Source: Flavobacteriales bacterium
Lineage (GTDB): Bacteria > Bacteroidota > Bacteroidia > Flavobacteriales_F > PHOS-HE28
Assembly: GCA_026129465.1 (NCBI GenBank)
Contig: JAHCIA010000001.1
Span: forward strand, 2,885,503-2,949,502
Direction of reading: 5' to 3'
Length of the DNA: 64,000 nt
In this document: piece after piece, positions 56,296-64,000 of the stretch
Numbering within the stretch: the first letter of the stretch is position 1
Layout: each line of letters starts with the position of its first letter
The notes under the pieces: model-generated
Database searches by the model: none
Told to the model about the DNA's origin: nothing
What the model saw: the letters and a program-made list of their open reading frames with translations, nothing else
Program-made: the position numbers and the translations under genes

Positions 56296-57069
56296 ATGCT
56301 GCGCCGCGCGTTGCTCAATGACCGATTCATCCTGGCGGTGATCCTGCTGAACGCGGCGGTGATCTTCACCCAGGGTTTCACGCCACCGGCACCCTGGACC
56401 TTCCGCCTGGAGGCGGTGGACCACTTGTTGACCCTGGTGTTCCTGCTGGAGGCGGTGGTGAAGATGCGCACGTGGGGAACCCGGACCTACATGGCCAGCG
56501 CGTGGAACGTGTTCGACCTGTCGTTGGTGCTGCTGGCCCTGCCCGCCCTGCTGTTGTGGTTGATGCCGGTGGAAGGTCTCCGGCTGGACTTCCTGCTGGC
56601 CTTCCGCATCATGCGCGTGTTCAAGTTCTTCCGCTTCATCCGTTTCGTGCCGCGCATGGACCACATCATCGCCGGCGTGAAGCGTGCCGCACGGGCGTCG
56701 GTGCTGATCGTGTTCGCGTTCTTCATCTTCAATTTCATCGTGTCGTTGATCTCGTGCTTCCTGTTCCGTGAATTGTCTCCGGAACATTTCGCCGACCCGT
56801 TGATCAGCTGGTACTCCATCTTCAAGGTGTTCACGGTGGAAGGCTGGTTCGAGATCCCTGACGCCATCGCCGGGGAAGCTTCGCCCGTGGTGGCCTTTTT
56901 CACGCGTCTCTACTTCATCGTGATCCTGTTCTTCGGCGGCATCTTCGGCCTGTCGCTGGTGAATTCCATCTTCGTGGACACGATGATCAGCGACAGCAAC
57001 GATGGTCTGGAGCGGCGCATGGAGGCGCTGGAGGCCAAGATCGACCGGCTGCTGGAGGATCGGCGCTGA
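56296..57069 (+). CDS. voltage-gated cation channel, single-domain 6-TM BacNaV (NaChBac-like) type
   Basis: S4 FRIMRVFKFFRFIRFVPR (basic residue every third position). Pore FKVFTVEGWFEI (T-x-E-x-W). C-terminal coiled coil LERRMEALEAKIDRLLEDRR. Confidence 0.8.
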   Translation: MLRRALLNDRFILAVILLNAAVIFTQGFTPPAPWTFRLEAVDHLLTLVFLLEAVVKMRTWGTRTYMASAWNVFDLSLVLLALPALLLWLMPVEGLRLDFLLAFRIMRVFKFFRFIRFVPRMDHIIAGVKRAARASVLIVFAFFIFNFIVSLISCFLFRELSPEHFADPLISWYSIFKVFTVEGWFEIPDAIAGEASPVVAFFTRLYFIVILFFGGIFGLSLVNSIFVDTMISDSNDGLERRMEALEAKIDRLLEDRR

Positions 57070-57196
57070 TCGTGTTCCCCCCTCAACACGGCGCTGTGTG
57101 AAAATGCGCATGTCTCGCGACGAAGCGAGGTGAAGGCCCCGTCTACCTTCGGCGTGGCCGTGCGTGCGAACCGCACGCGCCGATCGTCGCCGACGC

Positions 57197-58189
57197 ATGC
57201 GATCCATACTTCCCGCGCCCATCCTGCTTTGCATGGCGACCGTGGCCATGGCCCAGCCGCCCAACAGCAGTTGCGACCAGGCCGCCCTGCTGTGCAATCA
57301 GCAGTCCCTGCCGGGCAACAACACGGGCGCGGTGGGCCTGCCGGGTTTCTGCGCCGGCACCACCAACCTGCTCTGGTACGTCTTCACCACCAACAGCCAG
57401 GGCGGTCCGGCCAATGTGAACATCACGGGCATCACCTGCCCCAACGTGCAGGGCATGTCCAACACACTCACGGCCGTGGTCCTCTCAGGCGATGGCTCCT
57501 GCCTGCCCGCATCCTTTTCCGCCGTCAGCGATTGCCAGTCGGGTAGCGGGGACTTCACGCTGGTGACACAGCCACTGCTGCCGGGCACGCAGTATTGGCT
57601 GGTGGTGGCGGGCAACGTGGGCGGCGGCTTTCCCATCGCCGCGCAATGCGGTTTCGACATCTGGCTGGACGGCGAAGGGGTGGACATCCCCGGTGTGGAT
57701 TTCGGCACCGGCGGGGATGTCACCATCGGCGTTGGGGAGAGCGCGCAGTTGAACGCCTTCGGCGGACCGCCCTACGACTGGTCGCCCACCACCGGGTTGA
57801 GCGGCAGCGATATTCCCGACCCGATCGCTTCGCCACAGGGCTCAACGGTCTATACGGTGACCACCGAGATCAACGGCTGCGTCTTCACCGGCACGGTCAA
57901 CGTCTGGGTGATCCGGCGCATCGATCCACCCAACACCTTCACACCCAACGGCGACGGCATCAACGATGTGTGGGAGGTGCCCGGCATCGCCGACTATCCC
58001 GGTGCGGAGGTGACCATCTTCGATCGTTGGGGCCAGCGGGTATTCCGCAGCATCGGCTACCGGGAGCCCTGGGATGGCACCAACAACGGCGCCAGGCTGC
58101 CCAGCGGCACCTACTACTACCATATCCAGTTGAACCAGCTCGAGGGGGTATCGCCGCCTTATACGGGCTTCATCTCCATTGTGCGATGA
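57197..58189 (+). CDS. secreted protein with a T9SS type-B (gliding-motility CHU_C) C-terminal domain
   Basis: Signal peptide. C-terminus NTFTPNGDGINDVWEV...TIFDRWGQRVF...WDGTNNG...GTYYYHI. Confidence 0.8.
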   Translation: MRSILPAPILLCMATVAMAQPPNSSCDQAALLCNQQSLPGNNTGAVGLPGFCAGTTNLLWYVFTTNSQGGPANVNITGITCPNVQGMSNTLTAVVLSGDGSCLPASFSAVSDCQSGSGDFTLVTQPLLPGTQYWLVVAGNVGGGFPIAAQCGFDIWLDGEGVDIPGVDFGTGGDVTIGVGESAQLNAFGGPPYDWSPTTGLSGSDIPDPIASPQGSTVYTVTTEINGCVFTGTVNVWVIRRIDPPNTFTPNGDGINDVWEVPGIADYPGAEVTIFDRWGQRVFRSIGYREPWDGTNNGARLPSGTYYYHIQLNQLEGVSPPYTGFISIVR

Positions 58190-59127
58190 GGGCGCCCATC
58201 CTGGCCGTGATGCTTCTCGCCATGGGCGCACCGGCGGCGGCGCAACAGCTGGCGCAATACTCGCAGTACGTCTTCAACCAGTTCAGCATCAATCCCGCGG
58301 TGGCCGGCAGCAAGGACTGCATCGATGTGCGCCTCGGCTACCGCAAGCAATGGTTGAACTTCCCGGGGCAGCCCACCACGGCATGGGCCAGCCTGAACGG
58401 TGCCATTCGTCCGAAAGGCAAGCCTTACATGGCCAACAAGCATGGGGTGGGCGCCTTCGTGGAATCGGACAACGCGGGCAATTGGGGCTACACCCGATTC
58501 GTGCTGGCCTATGCCTACCACATGCGCATGTCCCAGGAGACCTACCTCGCCTTCGGGGTTTTCGGCGGCGCGGAGCAGATCAAACTCAATGTGGGTGAAG
58601 TGACGCTCACCGACTATGACGACCCCGCCATCGATGGGCGGGCCAGCGTGGTGGTGGCGCCGGAGATCACGCCCGGCATCTTCCTCTATGGCAAGAAAGG
58701 CTGGGGTGGGCTGGCGATGCACCACGCGCTCGGCAACGAGATCGACGGCATCGGGCTGGAATCGCGGCTGGCCCGGCATTTCCTCATGAGCGGCGGCTAC
58801 CGGCATGTGCTCAGCAAGAAGACGAGCCTTTCGCCCAGCGCCATGATGAAGTTCGCCGGTGGTGCCCCGATGGCGTTGGACATCAATGCCATGATCGAAT
58901 GGAACCGCACCATCGGCCTTGGCGCCGGCTACCGGGGCGGCGATGCGCTGGTGCTGATGATGAAGCTCGCCTTCCTGAAGTACTTCCAGTTCGGATACAG
59001 CTACGATGTGACCACTTCCAAGCTGCGCATGGGAGGATCCAACACGCATGAGATCATGCTCGGCATCATCCCCTGTGGCAAGGACGATCTGAAGAAGAAG
59101 ATGATCAACTGCCCGGCCTTCGATTAG
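58186..59127 (+). CDS. PorP/SprF-family type IX secretion membrane protein
   Basis: QQLAQYSQYVFNQFSINPAVAG N-terminal signature and ...NTHEIMLG near the C-terminus. ATGA overlap with the upstream cargo gene. Confidence 0.9.
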   Translation: MRAPILAVMLLAMGAPAAAQQLAQYSQYVFNQFSINPAVAGSKDCIDVRLGYRKQWLNFPGQPTTAWASLNGAIRPKGKPYMANKHGVGAFVESDNAGNWGYTRFVLAYAYHMRMSQETYLAFGVFGGAEQIKLNVGEVTLTDYDDPAIDGRASVVVAPEITPGIFLYGKKGWGGLAMHHALGNEIDGIGLESRLARHFLMSGGYRHVLSKKTSLSPSAMMKFAGGAPMALDINAMIEWNRTIGLGAGYRGGDALVLMMKLAFLKYFQFGYSYDVTTSKLRMGGSNTHEIMLGIIPCGKDDLKKKMINCPAFD

Positions 59128-59130
59128 ACC

Positions 59131-62100
59131 ATGGAGCGAAGCACCCTGCGGGCCATCGCCCGGACGATCATCACGGCCTGCCTGTTGGCCGTAGCCATCT
59201 CCACCATGGCGCAGACGCCGCGCACCAAATACTGGACGGGTGGCAGCGGGGATTGGAGCGATGGCGCGCGCTGGTCCCTGACGCCTGATGGCCCGGGGGG
59301 TGCGGGCGTGCCCAGGGCCGATGAACATGTGATGATCGCGCCCGCGCGCGAGGCCGTGGTGCTGCTGCCGCGGAACGCGCAATGCCGCGACCTGCATGTT
59401 TCGGGGGAGAACGCACCGGTGACCATCGTCGGCCAGGTGCGCGATGTGCTGGAGATCTCCGGCCAGTGGAAGATGACTGGCGATGCGCGCTGGGACCATC
59501 GTGGGACCGTCCGGTTGAATGTGCGCCGGGAAGGCGTGGAGATCGACACGCGCGGCATACCCATTGGCAGCGAAGTGGTCTTCGATGGTGCCGGCGCATG
59601 GTCCTTGGCAAGCGACCTGGTCCTGCTCGATGACCGCGCCCTGGTGCTGAAGCAGGGCACGGTGATGGCCAACCGCGGCCTGGTGCGCGCAGCCGAATTG
59701 CGTTTCGACGGCAAGGCCGCGAAGTCCTTCCTCGCCGGAGACGCCATGCTGATGCTCGCGCAGCTGCCGGCCGGGCCCATGCTCAAGACCTACGTGCAGC
59801 CGGGCAATGCCACCTGGGTGGCCGGTGGCACCATGGTGAAACCGGACTTCGGGGTCGAGGTGGGCGCCGGCCCAATGGACATCAATGTATGTGGCACGGG
59901 CCCGGGGCAGACACCCTTTGTGGTGGACGCCCAGGTGGTGACCGATTACAATGGCTTTGGTGTGCGTTGCCGGGGCGAGTGCAACGCCACAGTGACGGTG
60001 ACCGTGACCGGCGGCGTGGGGGGCTTCACCTACCAATGGCTGAACGGCGGCCCGGCCACGCAGACCTGGACCACGGCCTGCGGCGGCCCACAGATCGTCA
60101 TCGTCACCGACATCGGCCAGGGCGTGTCCTGCCCGGTATCGGTCACGGTGTCCGAGCCCGCGCCCCTGGGGGTGATCTTCTTCGGGGGCGGTACGCCGCC
60201 CACCTGCCCCGATGTGTGCGACGGCTCGCGGCAGGCCCTGGGCATCGGCGGCGTGGCGCCCATCACCTACAACTGGAACAACGGCGCCGGCACCGGTTCA
60301 TCCTTCAACGGCCTTTGTCCCGGTGCCAACACCCTGGTGGTGACCGACGCGAACGGATGCCAGTTCGACACCACCTTCGTATACGACCTGCAGCCCATAC
60401 AGCCCAACCTGCTTTTCTCGGGCACCAGTTGCTTCGGGGCATGCGATGGTTCGGCGTCGGTGGCACCACAGGGAGGCACACCGCCGCACACGGTGCAGTG
60501 GTCCCCGCAACCACCCATAGGGCAGGGCACCAACAGCGTGAGCGGCTTGTGCGCTGGCAACTGGGAGGTCACGATCACGGACTTCAATGGTTGCGACACC
60601 ACGGTGCAGTTCATCATCGATGAACCGCCGCCGTTGGACATCGCCGTGATCCTGGACGATGCCAGTTGTTTCGGCGCCTGTGATGGCAGTGCCACGGTGA
60701 TCCCCTCCGGTTCGCCCGGGCCCTTCACCTTCCAATGGACGCCAGCGCCCGGCACGGGCCAGGGCACCGGTTCGGCAGCCGCGATGTGCGCCGGGGAGTA
60801 CAGTGTGCTTATCGTGGATCAGTCCACGGGCTGCGATACCACGCTGCAACTGACGATAGACTCCCCGCCCGCTTTCGAGGTGGATCCCACGGTGACCGAT
60901 GCGACCTGCTCGAACGCATGCGACGGGGTCATCTCCTGTCCGGTGATCTCCGGCGGATCGCCACCGCTGAACTTCATCTGGTCGCCGAACCCACCCCTGG
61001 GGCAGGGCACACCGACGGCCAGTGGATTGTGTCCGGGCCTTTGGTCGCTCACCATTACGGACGCGGCGGGTTGCGACACCACGCTGGTCTTCGATGTGGG
61101 CGCGCCACCGCCACTGGTGGTAGTTCCATCGCAAACGGACCTGACCTGCTACGACAGTTGCGACGGCACGGCCACCGCACCCACCAGCGGCGGCACACCG
61201 CCATACACCTTCGTGTGGTCGCCCACACCGCCATTCGGCCAGGGAACCGACTCCGCCAGTGAACTCTGCGCGGGTCTGTGGACGCTGACGATCACCGACT
61301 TCAATGGCTGCGACACCACGCTGCAGTTCTTCCTGCTGGAGCCACCTGTGCTGGAGCCGAATCTGGCCTTCACCAACGTCACTTGCGCGGGTGTGTGCGA
61401 CGGCACGGCCACGGTGGATCCCACGGGCGGCACGCCGGGCTACATCTACGAGTGGATCCCCAACCCACCACAAGGTCAGGGCACCTCTTCGGTATCTGGT
61501 CTTTGTCCGGGCGTCTGGATCGCTTCGGTCACCGATACCAATGGCTGCAAGGAGATCCGCCCCTTCACCATCGAAGATGCCACACCACTGGAAGTGGACC
61601 TGAGTGTGCAAGCGGCCACCTGTCCGGGCATATGCGATGGAAGCGCGGCGGCGAATGTCACCGGGGGTACGGAGCCTTACACGTATGTCTGGTCGCCGGA
61701 ACCGGGCGCTGGTCAAGGCACGCCAAGTGTGACCGGACTCTGCGGACAGAGCTACACGCTCACCGTGACCGACGCATTGGGCTGCGATACCACCATCGCC
61801 TTCACGGTGGATGTCCCCGATGCGATCGAGGCGAACGCGGTGATCACCACGATCCAATGCGCGGGTGACTGTGACGCGAGCATCACGCTCTCGCCCTCTG
61901 GAGGCACCGGCATCTACACGTACGACTGGTCGCCACCGCCGCCGAATGGCCAGGGCACTTCCACGGCCAGCGGGCTTTGCGCAGGCGACTGGACAGTGAC
62001 GATCGCATCGGGCGCGTGCGACACCACCATCACCTTCAACATCCCCGAACCGCCGCCGCTGGACGCGGGACTCACCACGCTCGATCCGAGTTGTGCCGGT

Positions 62101-64000
62101 GATTGCGATGGCAGCGCAACGGTCGATCCCGCCGGCGGCACACCGCCCTACACGATCATCTGGGATCCAGTGCCAACCAACGGGCAAGGCGGCACCACGG
62201 CCACCGGTCTTTGCCCCGGCAATCATGTGGTGACCGTGACCGATGACCTCGGCTGCGATGTAGTGCTGCCCTTCGAGATCCTGGGGCCGCAACCCATCCT
62301 GGTCAGCCTGGTGCTCACCGATGCCGGATGCGACAACGCCTGTCTGGGTACGGCCACGGCCACGGTGAATGGCGGACAGGAGCCCTACACCTACGATTGG
62401 CAGCCACCGCCACCCATCGGCCAGGGAACACCCAGTGTGTCCGGGCTCTGCCCGGGGCCCTACACACTCACCGTGTCTGATGCCGCTGGCTGCGACACCA
62501 CGGTCACGTTCATCATTCTGCAGCCCTCGGGCATCATGGCGGTTCCCACCGTCACCGACGCGAGCTGTTTCGACAACTGCGATGGGGCCATTGATGTGGC
62601 CACCATTGGCGGATCCCCACCCTACACGTTCACCTGGACGCCCGATCCTCCAGCGGGACAGGGCACGCCCAACGTGAGCGGATTGTGTCCCGGCGTCTGG
62701 ACGCTCTTCATCGCCGACGCGATCGCCTGCGACACCACGTTGCTGATCACGGTGGGCGCGCCAACGCCGATCATGCCGAATGAAAGCTCCACCAATGAAA
62801 GTTGCGCCGGACCGTGTGATGGTACCGCCACGGTGACGCCCACCGGTGGTGATGGTTCGTACATCTTCGTCTGGTCACCGCAACCGCCGAACGGGCAGGG
62901 CACATCTACCGCCAGTGGCTTGTGTCCCGGAAGTTGGGGCGTGACGATCACCGATGCTTCGGGATGTGATACCACGGTCACATTCCTGATCCTGGAACAG
63001 CAACCCATCGATGCCGGGCTGGTGACCACGGACGTGATCTGCCATGGCGATTGTGATGGCACGGCGAGCGTATCACCCACCGGCGGTGTGGCGCCATTCA
63101 CCGTCCTGTGGTCGCCGGAACCCGGCGCGGGCCAGGGCACGCAGAACGCCACGGGCCTCTGCCCCGGCGCATGGAGCGTGACGATCACCGACTTCGCGGG
63201 TTGCGACACCACGCTGCTCTTCAACATCAACGAACCACCGGCGATCACGCTTGACCTTGTCAACACGGCAGCGGATTGCTTCGATCCATGCAGCGGCACC
63301 GCCACGGTGGACGCTGCCGGTGGCACGGGCGTCCTGGTCATCCTGTGGCAACCCGATCCCGCCACGGGCCAGGGCACCGCCTTCGCCACGGGGCTGTGTG
63401 CGGGCACGCCCTACACAGTGACGATCACCGACGAGAACGGCTGCACCATCTCGCAGGGATTCACCATTGAACCGTTCGACGAGATCCAACCCAACAGCAG
63501 CAGCACACCGGCGAGCTGCCATGACGCCTGCGATGGCACCGCCACCGTGGGCCCCATCGGTGGACAGGAACCATACGCCTATGTGTGGTCGCCGGAGCCG
63601 GGTGCGGGTCAGGGCACGACGCAGGCCACAGGCCTCTGCCCGGGGGTGACGCAGGTGACCATCACGGACGCCAACGGTTGCGAAACCGTCGCTTCGATCC
63701 TGATCCTCGCGCCCGAGCCGCTTGATGTACAGGCGACGGTGACGGACCTGGATTGCGGTGGTGAATGCAACGGAAGCATCGTGCTGGATGCACAAGGCGG
63801 TACGCCACCCTACACCTACAGTTGGTCGCCGGTTCCACCCAACGGACAAGGCGACAACGTGGCATTCGACCTGTGCGCCGGTACTTGGAACGTGACCGTG
63901 ACCGACGCCAATGGCTGTGTGACCACAGCGGGCTTCGACATCAATGAACCTCCCGCACTGGTGGTGACCGTCGCCATCACGCCCAGCGAATGCCAGCTCT
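59131..64000 (+). CDS. giant SprB-repeat cell-surface (gliding-adhesin-like) protein, N-terminal 1623 codons (3' end outside window)
   Basis: I hand-translated frame 1 from ATG 59131 through about 61610 with no stop. The absence of any frame-1 + ORF in the track beyond that is consistent with the frame staying open to 64000. Signal peptide, WTGGSGDWSDGARW N-domain, then repeated C-x3-C-(D/N)-G...GG.PPYT..W.P.P..GQGT...GLC.G.W.VT.TD..GC.T units. Confidence 0.85.
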   Translation, partial: MERSTLRAIARTIITACLLAVAISTMAQTPRTKYWTGGSGDWSDGARWSLTPDGPGGAGVPRADEHVMIAPAREAVVLLPRNAQCRDLHVSGENAPVTIVGQVRDVLEISGQWKMTGDARWDHRGTVRLNVRREGVEIDTRGIPIGSEVVFDGAGAWSLASDLVLLDDRALVLKQGTVMANRGLVRAAELRFDGKAAKSFLAGDAMLMLAQLPAGPMLKTYVQPGNATWVAGGTMVKPDFGVEVGAGPMDINVCGTGPGQTPFVVDAQVVTDYNGFGVRCRGECNATVTVTVTGGVGGFTYQWLNGGPATQTWTTACGGPQIVIVTDIGQGVSCPVSVTVSEPAPLGVIFFGGGTPPTCPDVCDGSRQALGIGGVAPITYNWNNGAGTGSSFNGLCPGANTLVVTDANGCQFDTTFVYDLQPIQPNLLFSGTSCFGACDGSASVAPQGGTPPHTVQWSPQPPIGQGTNSVSGLCAGNWEVTITDFNGCDTTVQFIIDEPPPLDIAVILDDASCFGACDGSATVIPSGSPGPFTFQWTPAPGTGQGTGSAAAMCAGEYSVLIVDQSTGCDTTLQLTIDSPPAFEVDPTVTDATCSNACDGVISCPVISGGSPPLNFIWSPNPPLGQGTPTASGLCPGLWSLTITDAAGCDTTLVFDVGAPPPLVVVPSQTDLTCYDSCDGTATAPTSGGTPPYTFVWSPTPPFGQGTDSASELCAGLWTLTITDFNGCDTTLQFFLLEPPVLEPNLAFTNVTCAGVCDGTATVDPTGGTPGYIYEWIPNPPQGQGTSSVSGLCPGVWIASVTDTNGCKEIRPFTIEDATPLEVDLSVQAATCPGICDGSAAANVTGGTEPYTYVWSPEPGAGQGTPSVTGLCGQSYTLTVTDALGCDTTIAFTVDVPDAIEANAVITTIQCAGDCDASITLSPSGGTGIYTYDWSPPPPNGQGTSTASGLCAGDWTVTIASGACDTTITFNIPEPPPLDAGLTTLDPSCAGDCDGSATVDPAGGTPPYTIIWDPVPTNGQGGTTATGLCPGNHVVTVTDDLGCDVVLPFEILGPQPILVSLVLTDAGCDNACLGTATATVNGGQEPYTYDWQPPPPIGQGTPSVSGLCPGPYTLTVSDAAGCDTTVTFIILQPSGIMAVPTVTDASCFDNCDGAIDVATIGGSPPYTFTWTPDPPAGQGTPNVSGLCPGVWTLFIADAIACDTTLLITVGAPTPIMPNESSTNESCAGPCDGTATVTPTGGDGSYIFVWSPQPPNGQGTSTASGLCPGSWGVTITDASGCDTTVTFLILEQQPIDAGLVTTDVICHGDCDGTASVSPTGGVAPFTVLWSPEPGAGQGTQNATGLCPGAWSVTITDFAGCDTTLLFNINEPPAITLDLVNTAADCFDPCSGTATVDAAGGTGVLVILWQPDPATGQGTAFATGLCAGTPYTVTITDENGCTISQGFTIEPFDEIQPNSSSTPASCHDACDGTATVGPIGGQEPYAYVWSPEPGAGQGTTQATGLCPGVTQVTITDANGCETVASILILAPEPLDVQATVTDLDCGGECNGSIVLDAQGGTPPYTYSWSPVPPNGQGDNVAFDLCAGTWNVTVTDANGCVTTAGFDINEPPALVVTVAITPSECQL
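59950..64000 (+). repeat. array of ~17-18 divergent SprB repeats, period ~237-240 bp (79-80 aa)
   Basis: C-x3-C motifs recur near 59968, 60207, 60429, 60666, 60906, 61147, 61384, 61621, 61858, 62092, 62329, 62563, 62803, 63040, 63278, 63517, 63754 and 63990. Confidence 0.85.

Noticed and set aside
60298-62292. 664-aa minus-strand ORF (and 62622-63407, 63073-63849)
   Set aside because: Antisense to the SprB-repeat gene. The periodic conserved Cys/Gly/Thr pattern and the signal peptide are on the + strand in frame 1.
59950-64000. Regular ~238-bp periodicity that might be taken for a CRISPR or satellite array
   Set aside because: The period is far too long, the units are divergent and have no unique spacers, and the whole region is one open reading frame encoding SprB repeats.

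Overview
High-GC (about 63-66 % by eye) chromosomal segment, almost certainly Bacteroidota. The evidence is T9SS type-A and type-B C-terminal sorting domains, a PorP/SprF gene, SprB repeats, the ftsX-DUF3098-uppP-truB and ileS-dksA-lspA neighbourhoods, and TAnnTTTG -7 promoter boxes. The window is densely packed and mostly housekeeping:
- Translation and RNA modification: ileS (partial), leuS, metG, rlmN, queA, truB, rluB.
- Isoprenoid and menaquinone metabolism: ispD, ispG, a polyprenyl synthase, menB.
- Envelope and cell division: lspA, uppP, ftsX, an LD-carboxypeptidase, an M23 peptidase, AsmA, OmpA, several beta-barrel OMPs.
- Other: dnaG, asd, hemW.
- One tRNA-Arg(CCT).

I saw no rRNA, CRISPR array, transposase, integrase or recognisable defence system other than one ParE/RelE toxin-antitoxin pair.

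The non-ordinary parts are:
1. An ~870-bp low-GC cassette between lspA and an OMP gene. It is bracketed by 108-bp direct repeats that duplicate the overlapping 3' ends of both genes. It carries a Cys-rich lipoprotein-like ORF and a G10 tract.
2. A perfect 28-bp inverted repeat built of heptamers, sitting in frame inside the LD-carboxypeptidase gene.
3. A DksA/TraR regulator with a 177-aa histone-H1-like Lys/Ala/Pro N-terminal extension.
4. A T9SS block at the right end: type-B cargo, then PorP/SprF, then a giant SprB-repeat protein that runs off the window and is absent from the supplied ORF track because it has no stop in the window.
5. A BacNaV-type voltage-gated channel gene 13 nt downstream of the tRNA.

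Many long ORFs in the track are antisense shadow ORFs typical of high-GC DNA and were rejected. All family assignments come from motif recognition by eye. No searches were run.
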